From: an uncultured Chloroflexia bacterium
GTDB taxonomy: Bacteria > Chloroflexota > Limnocylindria > Limnocylindrales > CSP1-4
Reading direction: 5' to 3'
NCBI GenBank assembly: GCA_963748625.1
Contig: CAVVJT010000005.1
Coordinates: forward strand, 1 to 64,000
Length of the DNA stretch: 64,000 nucleotides
In this document: in pieces, positions 30,594 to 42,087 of the stretch
Layout: each line of letters opens with the position of its first letter
Position numbering within the stretch: the first letter of the stretch is position 1
Translations under genes and position numbers: made by a program
The notes under the pieces: model-generated
The model's database searches: none
What the model was told of the DNA's origin: nothing
The model's input: only the letters and a program-made list of their open reading frames with translations

Positions 30594-31022
30594 CTATTCT
30601 CGCACGCCGTCGGGCGCTGTCCCGCCCGAGTCCGCCGGGGGCTCGTCCGCGTCCGCCGGGGTGTCCCCGACCGGCGCCGCGTCCTCCGCTGCGGGCAGCG
30701 TGTCCTCGATCTCGCCTACCGTCGGCGTGGTGCCCGCCAGCGGCACGCGACGGCCCTCCCGGCGATCCGACGCGACCAGGCGCAGCAGGAAGATCACGGT
30801 CTGGCCGGAGAGCAGCAGCAGGATGATCACCACGAACAGCAGCACGATGCTGACCCAGCTGGGCAGGTTCCAGGCCACGGTGAGCGGCGTGAGCACGATG
30901 AACGTGGTCAGCAGGATCAGCTGCGCCCAGAAGCAGCCCAGGCCGGGGCCGCGATCGGCGTCGAGGGGCTCGCCCTTGTAGTCGACCGGGCGGACGGAGG
31001 GGGGTGTCTCGGGGTTCGTCAC
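30594..31022 (-). CDS. Two-TM hypothetical membrane protein
   Basis: Two hydrophobic helices; TACCCT 6 nt before GTG. Confidence 0.7.
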   Translation of the reverse strand: MTNPETPPSVRPVDYKGEPLDADRGPGLGCFWAQLILLTTFIVLTPLTVAWNLPSWVSIVLLFVVIILLLLSGQTVIFLLRLVASDRREGRRVPLAGTTPTVGEIEDTLPAAEDAAPVGDTPADADEPPADSGGTAPDGVRE

Positions 31023-31119
31023 GTGGCAAGGGTACCGTCGCCGGGCCGAAGCGGGCGGGCATGGGCTACCGCGCATGGTCCATGCTTGCGCCATCCAAGC
31101 CGGTGATCAGGGAGACCGC

Positions 31120-32271
31120 GTGGACGAGAGCTGGGTCTGCGGAAGCTGCAAGTCGATCAACCGTGCCCGCGAGCGCCGCTGCTACAAGTGTCACGGGGAG
31201 CGCGACGAGGCCCTCACGACCGGAGGAACGGAGCGCCGCACGATCGATGCCGTCGCCAACCGGACCGTCCGCGACTACCTGCCCACCTGGCCCCTCGCCG
31301 TCCTCGCGGGCGGGCTGCTGGTGGCGGTGGCCGTGCTGGGCGTGCTGATCCTGCTGCGGACGTCCGCGGACTTCCCGGCCATGCGCGACGCCTTCGTGGT
31401 GGCCCTCGCAAGCGGGGGCGCCGGGCTGGACGTGAGTGCGTTCACCCAGTCCGCGGAGACCGCCTTCCTGGGCCTCCTGCGGGGCGGCCTCGTGCTGCTT
31501 GCGCTGGTCTCGTTCGCCGCCTGGCTAGCCATCGCGACCATGAACGTGCCCGCCCTGGGCGGCGGCGTCCCGTCGCGCAGCCCGCTGCGGGTCTTCGTCT
31601 ACACCCTGATCCCGCTCTGGAACCTGATCAAGGTGCCGGGCATGGTCCAGGACGTCCTCTACCGGCTCGACTCCCGGGCCGGCGGGGCCTGGATGGTCAT
31701 GGCGGCAACCATCGGCCTTGTCGGCAGCTGGTTCGTGTCGCTCATCGGGAGCTGGGTCATCGTCTTCGTGTTCGTGCGCGACATGTTCGATGCGGCCACG
31801 CTGGAGCAGCAGGTCGCGGCCTTCGGTAGCACGCTGGACCAGAGCTTCTGGCTGTCCGTGGTGACCGAGCTGATGATCACGGTGGGCACGCTGCTGCTCG
31901 TGGTGCTGATGGTGCGGATCGAGCAGCGGGTTGCGGCGCGCAACCGCGAGGTCGGCGACGTGCTTGACACGCTCGCAGCCGGGCCGGGGTCGGGGGCACC
32001 GGTCGTGCCGGGGTCGGGGGCACCGGTCGTGCCGGGGTCGGGGGCACCGGTCGTGCCCGCCGCGCCTCCCGTGCCGACCGCGTCGCCAGCCGGGCCGACC
32101 GCGTCGCCCGCCGCGCCGTCCGTGCCGTCCGCACCGGCCGGCCCTGCCCAGGCGGCGCCGGCCACATTCCCCCACGGGTTCCAGGTGGTCGGCCGCTCCC
32201 CAAGCGCGACCGATAGTCCGCCGGCTGCCCCGCCGCCTCCCCCGCCCCCTCCCGGCGCGCCACCCGCCTGA
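31120..32271 (+). CDS. Membrane protein (DUF4328-like) with N-terminal RanBP2-type zinc finger and Pro-rich tail
   Basis: WVCGSCKSINRARERRCYKC; TM segments; IPLWNLIKVP; 24-bp PGSGAPVV x3 repeat at about 31983-32056. Confidence 0.8.
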   Translation: MDESWVCGSCKSINRARERRCYKCHGERDEALTTGGTERRTIDAVANRTVRDYLPTWPLAVLAGGLLVAVAVLGVLILLRTSADFPAMRDAFVVALASGGAGLDVSAFTQSAETAFLGLLRGGLVLLALVSFAAWLAIATMNVPALGGGVPSRSPLRVFVYTLIPLWNLIKVPGMVQDVLYRLDSRAGGAWMVMAATIGLVGSWFVSLIGSWVIVFVFVRDMFDAATLEQQVAAFGSTLDQSFWLSVVTELMITVGTLLLVVLMVRIEQRVAARNREVGDVLDTLAAGPGSGAPVVPGSGAPVVPGSGAPVVPAAPPVPTASPAGPTASPAAPSVPSAPAGPAQAAPATFPHGFQVVGRSPSATDSPPAAPPPPPPPPGAPPA

Positions 32272-32298
32272 AGCCCACCGCCCCACGCAAGGATCCGC

Positions 32299-33330
32299 AT
32301 GACCACCCTCTCCGAGATCGCCGAATCCCCCGCCGTCGCCGCCCGCCTGCTCGAGACTGCCTGGCCCGTCGTCGAGGCTGTCGCCCGGGACGTCCGTCGG
32401 CGAGACCTCCGGCTGGCGGTGATCGCGGCGCGCGGCACCTCGGATCACGCGGCGATCTATGCGCAGTACGTGCTGGGCGGCCGTAACGGGCTGCCGGTCG
32501 CCCTCGCGGCGCCCTCGCTCTCCTCGCTCTACGGCACGCCGCCCCGGCTCGACTCGGCGCTCGTCATCGGCATCTCGCAGTCAGGGCAGTCACCGGACAT
32601 CGTCGCGGTCCTCGCCGACGCCCGCCGCCAGGGCGCGCTGACCCTCGCCATCACCAACGACCCCACGTCAGACCTTGCTGCAACCGCCGACCGCGTCGTG
32701 GACCTGGGCGCCGGGCCGGAGCTGGGCGTCGCGGCGACCAAGACCTACACGAGCTCGCTCCTGGCCATCGCGATGCTGTCGGCGGCCCTGGGCGATGATC
32801 CGGCCGCGCGCCGGGACCTCGACACCCTCCCCGGAGCCCTGCAGGCGGCCCTCGCGTCGGAAGGTCGGGTCGCGGCGTATGCGGCCCAGCGCGCCGACGA
32901 CGACCAGTGCGCGGTCCTGGGCCGGGGCTTCCACTACGCCACGGCGCGCGAGTGGGCGCTCAAGGTCAAGGAGCTGGGCTACGTCCTGGCAGACCCCTAC
33001 TCCGCCGCAGACTTCCAGCACGGCCCGATCGCCCTCGTGCAACCGGGCTTCCCGGTCCTGGCGATCGCCACCACCGGCCCAGCCCTGCCCGAGATGCTCG
33101 CCCTGCTCGAGCGCCTTCGGGCGTCGGGCGCCCGCCTGCTCGTGGCGTCCGATGATCCCCGTGCGCTGGCCACGGGCGACGCCGTCCCGCTCGATCCCGC
33201 CGTTCCGGAATGGCTTGCCCCGATCCCGGCCATCGTCCCGGGCCAGCTCTACGCGGTCCACCTCGCGATCGCCCGCGGCCACGACCCGGAGCACCCGCGC
33301 AACCTCTCGAAGGTGACGCTCACCCGCTGA
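32299..33330 (+). CDS. SIS-domain protein (GlmS isomerase-like, probable glucosamine-6-P deaminase)
   Basis: ARGTSDHAA, ISQSGQSPD, VAATKTY, EWALKVKE and PRNLSKVT. Confidence 0.88.
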   Translation: MTTLSEIAESPAVAARLLETAWPVVEAVARDVRRRDLRLAVIAARGTSDHAAIYAQYVLGGRNGLPVALAAPSLSSLYGTPPRLDSALVIGISQSGQSPDIVAVLADARRQGALTLAITNDPTSDLAATADRVVDLGAGPELGVAATKTYTSSLLAIAMLSAALGDDPAARRDLDTLPGALQAALASEGRVAAYAAQRADDDQCAVLGRGFHYATAREWALKVKELGYVLADPYSAADFQHGPIALVQPGFPVLAIATTGPALPEMLALLERLRASGARLLVASDDPRALATGDAVPLDPAVPEWLAPIPAIVPGQLYAVHLAIARGHDPEHPRNLSKVTLTR

Positions 33331-33367
33331 CGCGCGGCGCGGCCACTGCGGCCCTACCATGACGCCG

Positions 33368-34984
33368 ATGGACAGCCGACCCGACCCCCTCGACGACCTC
33401 GATCCCCTCGAGCCCTTCCGCTGGCACCCCGAGCCCGAGCTCATCGGCCTGCGTGACGCCGGAGTCTCCCGCGCCGCCCTGGAGCGCGCCGGCGAGGCCA
33501 CGTGGCGCGCGAGCCTGGACTGGCTCTACGACGAGGCCATGGTCCGCGCGTTCGGCCTGCCCACCGGGTATGCGGAACTGCGCGAGCGCTACTTCGGCTC
33601 GACGGGCGGCCCCGGCCCGGCCCCGGCAACCCCCACGACCCTCCAGGCCGTCCTCGACGAGTTCACCGCGCGCATCGCGCCCCACACGCTCAACAGCTAC
33701 CACCCGCGGGCGTTGTCCTACTTCACGCCCCCGCCACTGGTCGCCTCGATCGCGGGCGAGGTCCTCGCGCAGTGGACCAACCAGGGCATCGACGTCTGGC
33801 ATGCGGGCCCCGGCGGCGCGTTCGTGGAGGAGGAAGTCGTCCGCTGGCTGTGTGATCTCGCAGGCTACGGCGAGGGCTCCTTCGGCCTGTGCACGTCGGG
33901 CGGCGTCATGGCCAACTTCATCGCGATGGCGCTCGTGCGCGACGTGCATCTCAAGCGTCTCCGGGGTGGCGGCCGACCCCCGCGCGGCGCGGGCCTGGAG
34001 AGCGTGCGCGTCTACACCGGCGACCAGACGCACTTCTCGATCGCCCGTGCGCTCGACGAGCTGGGCTTCCCGCCCGACACGCTGCGCATCCTGCCCACGG
34101 ATGGGCTGTACCGGCTGCACCCGGAGCCCGTCGCCGAGGCGATCGCCGCGGACCGGGCGGTCGGCCGGCTCCCCGTGGCGGTCTGCGCCGTCGCGGGTTC
34201 GACGAACACGGGCTCGGTCGATCTCGTGCCGGAGCTCGCGGCCCTGGCCTCCGCCGAAGGACTGTGGTTCCACGTGGACGCCGCGTACGGCGGGGCGGCG
34301 CGGCTCTCCAAGCGCGACGCGGCCCGCGTGCCGGGAGTGGAGCTCGCGGACTCGGTCACCGTCGATCCGCACAAGTGGTTCTTCCAGGCCTACGACCTGG
34401 GCGCGCTGCTGGTGAAGGACGGCGGCCACCTGCGCGAGACCTTCGACCGCTCGCCTGAGTACTACCGCGGCGGCGAGGGCGGCACCAGCGCTGCCGGGCA
34501 GGCCGCCCCCGATGTTGACGACGCCCACGACGAGCACGCTGGCCAGCTCAACTTCTACAAGCTCGGCTTCGAGGGCACCCGCCGCTTCCGCGCGCTCAAG
34601 CTGTGGGCCTCCTGGAAGCACCTGGGCACCGAGGGCCTCGGCCGCCTCGTGGAGATGAACGACGACATTGCGGCCTACCTCGCTGCGAGCGTCCGCGAGT
34701 CCGACGACTTCGAGGCCGTCCCGGCCGACCCCGAGCTGTCGGTGGTCTGCTTCCGGCACCTGCCGGGCGGCGCCGATGCAGCCCGCTCAATGGACCCGCA
34801 CGCGCTCGATGCCCACCAGGACCGCCTCTGCGCCGCGCTCGAGGAATCGGGCGACGGCTGGCTCTCCACCACCACGCTCGAGGGCCGGGCCTTCCTGCGC
34901 GCAGGCTGCGTGAACTACCTCACCACCGAGGCCGACATCGACCGCCTCCTGGCCACCCTGCGGGGGCTTGCCGGCGCGCTCTGA
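33368..34984 (+). CDS. Group II PLP-dependent amino-acid decarboxylase
   Basis: TSGGVMAN, HFSI, HVDAAYGG and DPHKW motifs; ATG 33368 lies 7 nt after TACCAT. Confidence 0.9.
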   Translation: MDSRPDPLDDLDPLEPFRWHPEPELIGLRDAGVSRAALERAGEATWRASLDWLYDEAMVRAFGLPTGYAELRERYFGSTGGPGPAPATPTTLQAVLDEFTARIAPHTLNSYHPRALSYFTPPPLVASIAGEVLAQWTNQGIDVWHAGPGGAFVEEEVVRWLCDLAGYGEGSFGLCTSGGVMANFIAMALVRDVHLKRLRGGGRPPRGAGLESVRVYTGDQTHFSIARALDELGFPPDTLRILPTDGLYRLHPEPVAEAIAADRAVGRLPVAVCAVAGSTNTGSVDLVPELAALASAEGLWFHVDAAYGGAARLSKRDAARVPGVELADSVTVDPHKWFFQAYDLGALLVKDGGHLRETFDRSPEYYRGGEGGTSAAGQAAPDVDDAHDEHAGQLNFYKLGFEGTRRFRALKLWASWKHLGTEGLGRLVEMNDDIAAYLAASVRESDDFEAVPADPELSVVCFRHLPGGADAARSMDPHALDAHQDRLCAALEESGDGWLSTTTLEGRAFLRAGCVNYLTTEADIDRLLATLRGLAGAL

Positions 34985-35028
34985 CACGTCCGCGGACGCG
35001 AATCACGGCTGCCCCGTACGATGCGCAG

Positions 35029-36033
35029 GTGATCGTCGAGCCCGTCCCGCTCGGACCTCCGTCGGCGCCCCGGCGCCGTCTGCGTCTGATCGCGCTCATC
35101 GTGCCGCTCGCCCTGCTCGCGGGGGTGGTAGCCGCAGGGACGCTGGGCCCGCAGCCCGCACCCTCCCCCGTCCCGTCCGCCGTCGCTGTCGCCGTGGCAT
35201 CACCCACGGCGACCGGCGCACCCGCGCCGTCCGCGCAGGCCCCGGCCGACCTCGAGCCTGGGTCGCTCCCGCCCGCGGTGCCTGCCCGGATCGCGGGCCT
35301 CGATGTCCTCAGCGTGGTCGACGCGCTCGCTCAGCGCGAGGCCGGCCAGCTTGGCGGGGTGACCGCGATCGCGGGCTACCTCGGCGTTCGCGAGCAGCCC
35401 GCCTGCGCCAGCACGTTCTGCGCCCGGACCGGCATCCTGGCCGCCCAGCCCTTCTCCGCATCGACGGGCTTCGCCGACATCGGAACCCACCTGCACCCGC
35501 AGCTCCCCGCGGGAGTCGTCCTGCCGCCGGCCGCCAACCTCGCGGACGTGGACCCGGAGCCCGATGGCCCCGAGGCGCCCGCGGCCATCATCGTCGCCCG
35601 CTTCGACGATCCCCGTGCCCGCGCCTGCCTGCCCGCCGGCCGCCACTGCGGCGAGGAGCTGGTGGTCGAGCGGGTGGTGTGGGTGGACGGCCAGTCGTAC
35701 CCCTCCCTTCTTGCCGTGGATCCCGGCGTCACGGGGGCGCCGTCGGCAACTGGCCTGCGCACGGCGGGCCGGGCAGCCGAACGAGCGCTGGGGACAGGCG
35801 CGACGCCGATGCTGACAGCGCTTCTCCGACCGGGCGCCATCACCTACATCGACCCGGTGATGGCGCCGATCGTCGCCGGCCTCGACCAGGATGCCGTGTG
35901 GTACGTGCGCGGTCTCCACCTCGAGCCGGGCGCCAATGCCATCGCCTGGGTCATCGCCGAGCGCGACGGCACCTTCCTGCTGCACGGGTCGGTGCCCGTG
36001 GCCGGCCCATCCGGCCGGCCGCTTCGTTCGTAG
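35029..36033 (+). CDS. Membrane-anchored extracellular hypothetical protein, one copy of an unrecognised module
   Basis: N-terminal TM, Pro/Ala linker, paralogous to the next gene. Confidence 0.75.
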   Translation: MIVEPVPLGPPSAPRRRLRLIALIVPLALLAGVVAAGTLGPQPAPSPVPSAVAVAVASPTATGAPAPSAQAPADLEPGSLPPAVPARIAGLDVLSVVDALAQREAGQLGGVTAIAGYLGVREQPACASTFCARTGILAAQPFSASTGFADIGTHLHPQLPAGVVLPPAANLADVDPEPDGPEAPAAIIVARFDDPRARACLPAGRHCGEELVVERVVWVDGQSYPSLLAVDPGVTGAPSATGLRTAGRAAERALGTGATPMLTALLRPGAITYIDPVMAPIVAGLDQDAVWYVRGLHLEPGANAIAWVIAERDGTFLLHGSVPVAGPSGRPLRS

Positions 36034-36045
36034 AGACGGGCAACG

Positions 36046-37824
36046 ATGATTGTCGCGCCCGCACCCACCGGTCCCCGCTCGCCGTGGCGTCGCGCTGCCC
36101 GTGTCGCGGGCCTCGTGCTGGCCCCGGCGCTGCTCGTGACGGCGGTCGCAGTGGGCGTTGCTGGGCCAAAGGCGGATCCAGCGCCCACGGCTCCGCCTGC
36201 AGCTCCGACCACTGCGCCGACAGCGACGGCATCCGCTGCCCCGGCCCCGCCGTCATCCGAGGCCGTGATCACCGCCAGCGAGCAGCAGCAGACGCCACCC
36301 GACACCTTCGCGGGCCTCCCCGCCCTGACCCCGGGTGACGCCATGGCGCTGCGGGCGGCGGGCGCGCCCGACGAGCCCGTGGTCGTCACGGGCCACCTCA
36401 AGCTCGACACTCCCGACGCGTCATGCGACGGCGGCGACCTCGGACCGCTGGGGCCGTGGTGCACGCGGACCGGGATCCTGGCCGAGCATGCCTGGGCGGT
36501 GACCGGCGCTGACTTCGACCAGCTGCCCGCGCACCTCCACGTGACGCTCCCTACCGGCGTCCGGGTGCCGGAGGCCATCGCCCGGATGGCGGTGGCGCAG
36601 GCCGGACCGCCCCTGCCCGTGGTGGTGGTCGGCCGCTTCACGGGGACGCGCTGCGATCTCGCCGACCTGGCGTGGTGCGAGGAGCCCTTCGTGGTGGACC
36701 GCGTGACCTGGGCCAACGGTGTCCGCAGCGCGCTCACGCCGCTCGCGGAGGACCGTCTCCAGACCGGCCGCCGCCGCGCGAACCCGTTCCAGCTCGCGGT
36801 CGATGCCGGCCAGACCCCGCTGCTGGGTGTGCTCGCATGGCCGGAAACGGTGGCCCGACTCGACCCGGCCACCGCCGACGCCGTCGGCAGTCGCGAGGCG
36901 TCCGAGCCGGTCTGGTACCTGCGCGTCCTCGAGCGGGAGGGACCCGGGGCGGCATCCGGGGAGGGCACGCCCGCGGTGCGCTGGCTCCTCGTCGATGAAC
37001 GCCTGCTCGAGGTAATCGCAACGGGCACCACGCTCGCGATCGCGGACCCGGGCACCGTGGCGGCCACGGGCCATGCGCCCGACCCCTTTCCGGACGCCAT
37101 GGCGGGTCTCCCGGTCTGGAGTCCTGCCGAGACACGGGACCGGGTGGCGGCGGACAACGGCTCGGTGGGCCCCCGTGCCGTGGCGGGCTACCTGCGTGAC
37201 GTCCGCGCATCGGATCGCTGCGAGCGCACTGGGCCGACTGCGCGAACCCTGTGCGAGCGCACGGCCTGGCTCGACCCCGGGACCGGTCCGGCGGCCGGGT
37301 CGGCGGGCGTCCGCGTAAGGATCCCGGCCGGGGTCCGCGTCCCGAGCGGTGCGATCGGTCCGGACGCGGGGCCACTCGCGGTCGTCATCCTCGCGCGCAG
37401 CCGCCTGGGTGGCAGTGGCTGCGCGGCGACGCCGGCCTGCGAGCTCACGCTCGACGTGGACCGGATCGCGTGGGCCGACGGCGCGGACGTCGCCGCACGC
37501 CCCGTCGTCGACCCTGCCCTGAGCACGCGCGCCCGGGTGACGGCCCGGTCCAGCCGCGATGGCGCCGAACGCCTGGCAGCGGGCGGGTCGGGAACGGTGC
37601 TCCTGAGCGCCCTCGTCCGCCGCAGCCACGTGGGGACGCTCGATCCCGTAGCTGCCGATGCGCTCCGGGCGTCCGGGCCCGGCGCCAGCCCGGTGTGGTA
37701 CGTGCGGGCGCTCGAGACCCGCTACGGGTCCATGCGCTACCAGACGGGCGACATCCCGCCGAGGGTCAGCTGGGTCGTCGTGGATGCCGTGACCGGCGCG
37801 GCGCTCGCCTGGGGTCCCGGCTGA
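36046..37824 (+). CDS. Membrane-anchored extracellular hypothetical protein, two copies of the same module
   Basis: Repeated AGL.V, P.GVRVP, VDR..W..G and VWY.R.L motifs. Confidence 0.75.
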   Translation: MIVAPAPTGPRSPWRRAARVAGLVLAPALLVTAVAVGVAGPKADPAPTAPPAAPTTAPTATASAAPAPPSSEAVITASEQQQTPPDTFAGLPALTPGDAMALRAAGAPDEPVVVTGHLKLDTPDASCDGGDLGPLGPWCTRTGILAEHAWAVTGADFDQLPAHLHVTLPTGVRVPEAIARMAVAQAGPPLPVVVVGRFTGTRCDLADLAWCEEPFVVDRVTWANGVRSALTPLAEDRLQTGRRRANPFQLAVDAGQTPLLGVLAWPETVARLDPATADAVGSREASEPVWYLRVLEREGPGAASGEGTPAVRWLLVDERLLEVIATGTTLAIADPGTVAATGHAPDPFPDAMAGLPVWSPAETRDRVAADNGSVGPRAVAGYLRDVRASDRCERTGPTARTLCERTAWLDPGTGPAAGSAGVRVRIPAGVRVPSGAIGPDAGPLAVVILARSRLGGSGCAATPACELTLDVDRIAWADGADVAARPVVDPALSTRARVTARSSRDGAERLAAGGSGTVLLSALVRRSHVGTLDPVAADALRASGPGASPVWYVRALETRYGSMRYQTGDIPPRVSWVVVDAVTGAALAWGPG

Positions 37825-37846
37825 CGGAACCGCGGATCAGCGCCCG

Positions 37847-39234
37847 TCAGCCCTCGATGTAGGCGATCTGGCCTGCGGCCACCACGAGCCGCACAACGCC
37901 ACGCACCTGGCGGCCGAGGAGCGGCGTGTTCTTGCCCTTCGAGGCGAGCGCCTCGGGCGTGACCGTCCAGCTTGCACCGGCGTCCACGACCACGAGGTCT
38001 GCGAACTCGCCCGTGCGCAGGCCGGGCGGGAGGACGCCGTCCGCGCCGAGCACCCGGGCAGGGCCCGTGGTCAGCGCCTCCACGACGCGTGCGAGGGGGG
38101 CGCCGCCTGCGGCCACCAGCTCCAGCAGGACCGGGAGCGCCGTCTCGATCCCGGAGATCCCGTTGATCGCCCAGCCGAACTCGACGTGCTTGTCCACCTC
38201 GGTGTGCGGCGCATGGTCGGTCGCGATGGCGTCCGCGGTGCCGTCCACGAGCGCCCGCAGGCACGCAGCCGCATCCTCGGCCGAGCGCAGCGGCGGGTTC
38301 ACCCGCAGGGACGTGTCGAAGGGCTCCGCCGTCAGCGAGCCATCGGTCCACGGATCGGTGGCGTGCCCGTCGGCGTCCACCTGCTCCCAGGCCCAGCGGC
38401 GCGAGCCCGCGATCCAGGCATCGGTGAAGGCGAGATGGTGCGGCGTGACGTCACACGTGACCGGCAGCCCGGCGACCTTCGCCGCCCGGACGTGGTCGAG
38501 CGAGGCCGCCGTGGACAGGTGCGTGAGGTGGAGGCGCGCCATGGGCACGTCCCGGACCACGTCGGCCAGGATCGCGATTGCCCTCGCGACCGCGCCTGCC
38601 TCCCCGGAGACCGGCCAGCCCTTGAGGCCCAGCACGGATGCCACGTACCCCTCCGACGCCTCGGCGCCGGTGGTGAGCGATGGGTCCTCGGGGTGGTCGA
38701 TGACCGGCAGGCCCAGCGACCCCGCGTAGGCGAGCGCGTTGCGCAGGAGCGCGGCCGAGTGGACCGGCGCCCCGTCATCGGAGAAGCCCACCACGCCGGC
38801 ATCGGCAAGCTCGCCCATGGGCGCGAGCTGCTCGCCCTTCCGCCCGACGGTCACGGCGCCGTGCACCAGCACGCGCACCGGGGATTCGGACGCCCACGCG
38901 GCATCGAGCACCCGGCCGACCACCCCCGGCTCGTCGATGGTCGGGGTCGTGTTGGGCATCAGGGCGACCGTTGTGAACCCGCCGTGGGCGGCGGCCGCGA
39001 GGCCCGTGGCGACCGTCTCGGCATCCTCGTTGCCGGGCTCGCGGAAGTGGGCGTGCAGGTCGATCAGGCCGGGCAGGATCAGCGTGCCCCCGGGCGTGAT
39101 GCCCGGACTGTCATCCGGCAGCCAGGTGACCTGCTCCAGCACGCCATCCCGGACCGCGATCTGGGCCGGTCCCTCCCGGCCGGACGCCGGGTCCACCGCC
39201 CAGCCCCGCAGGACCAGGCCGTCCGCCGTGTCGC

Positions 39235-39238
<4 letters not shown>
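37847..39238 (-). CDS. pyrC: Dihydroorotase
   Basis: DLHAHFREPG, MPNT, VTPHHL, NPPLR and ATDHAPH. Confidence 0.95.
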
Positions 39239-41003
<1,765 letters not shown>

Positions 41004-41555
41004 TCAGTAGACCGAGACGGTGACCTTGGTGGTCCCGGACCAGGACGGGCACCCGCAGATCGCGAAGAAGTCGGGCGCGTAGAGGTCGACGATCCGGCTC
41101 TTCGTTCGCGGCCCGTAATCGGTGATGGTGCGCTGGATGCAGCCGCCGTCACCGCAGATCACCACGATCGTGCCGCGCGGCAGGCGCATGGCGGTGGTGC
41201 CATTGTGATAGAAGGTCGCGTAGCCGGAGACCTTGTACTCGGGCTCCTTCCAGGCCTTGCCCGACGGCGTGGCCGGCTGGCGCACGACAGGTCGGGACCG
41301 GGGGACCTTGGGCTGTTTGCCGGGCTCCACGAAGACATCGGTGGCCGAGAGGGCGCCAGCCGAGTCGAGGGCAGGATCAAGCAGGCCCCCGGCGCGTGGC
41401 GCGGGGGCGTCCGCGGAGATCACCACCGAGGTGAAGGCCGCCGTCGCCACATCCCGGACCGAGGACGGTGCCTGCGAACCGACCGGGACGGGCAGTCCGG
41501 CGAGTGCGAGTGCGGCGATGAGCGCCGTACCCGCGACGACCGTTCTGCGTCGCAT
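41004..41555 (-). CDS. Secreted RlpA-like double-psi beta-barrel protein
   Basis: Signal peptide; GYATFY, LPRGT, ITDYGP and RIVDL motifs. Confidence 0.75.
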   Translation of the reverse strand: MRRRTVVAGTALIAALALAGLPVPVGSQAPSSVRDVATAAFTSVVISADAPAPRAGGLLDPALDSAGALSATDVFVEPGKQPKVPRSRPVVRQPATPSGKAWKEPEYKVSGYATFYHNGTTAMRLPRGTIVVICGDGGCIQRTITDYGPRTKSRIVDLYAPDFFAICGCPSWSGTTKVTVSVY

Positions 41556-41611
41556 GGGAGGCGCACTGTACCCGATCCGGCCGCCACTCGCGAGTGTCCC
41601 GGGCCCCAGAC

Positions 41612-42048
41612 AAGCATCCCAACGTCTGTGCTGGCCAGACCGGCTCGCGGTTCCCGGTTCCCTGCTCGCGGTTCCCGGCCCGGCTCCCGGCTCCCGGCTC
41701 AGGCCCAGATGGGCGGCTCAGGCCCAGATGGGCGGCTCCGGCCCGGATGCGCGGCCAGCGTGCGTACGGGCGGATGCCCTGCGATTCCTGCACGCCCAGC
41801 GCGCGGGAACGATGCTCCCCGGGCCCGGGAGGCGCGGAGCTGCGCGCTGGGCGCGCAGGAGTGACGGGTCACGCTCCCGTAGGCACGCCCGGCGCGCACC
41901 GGCGACGGGCGGGGACCTGCGGCGGGGGCCAGGGGCGGGCAAGAACTCCCGCGGGAACACCGGCCGGCCGTCAGCATGCAGGGCACAGGCCGACGGGTGC
42001 GGCACGGCCCGCACCGCGCACTGGGGCCAGCACAGGAGTTGGGACGCT
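41612..42048. repeat. Non-coding element bounded by 24-bp imperfect inverted repeats (MITE/REP-like)
   Basis: agcatcccaacgtctgtgctggcc (41613-41636) vs reverse complement of 42025-42048, 21/24 match; internal tandem and inverted repeats. Confidence 0.65.
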
Positions 42049-42087
42049 CCCTGGATCGCGGACGTGCACCGCGGCGCGGCGCCGATC

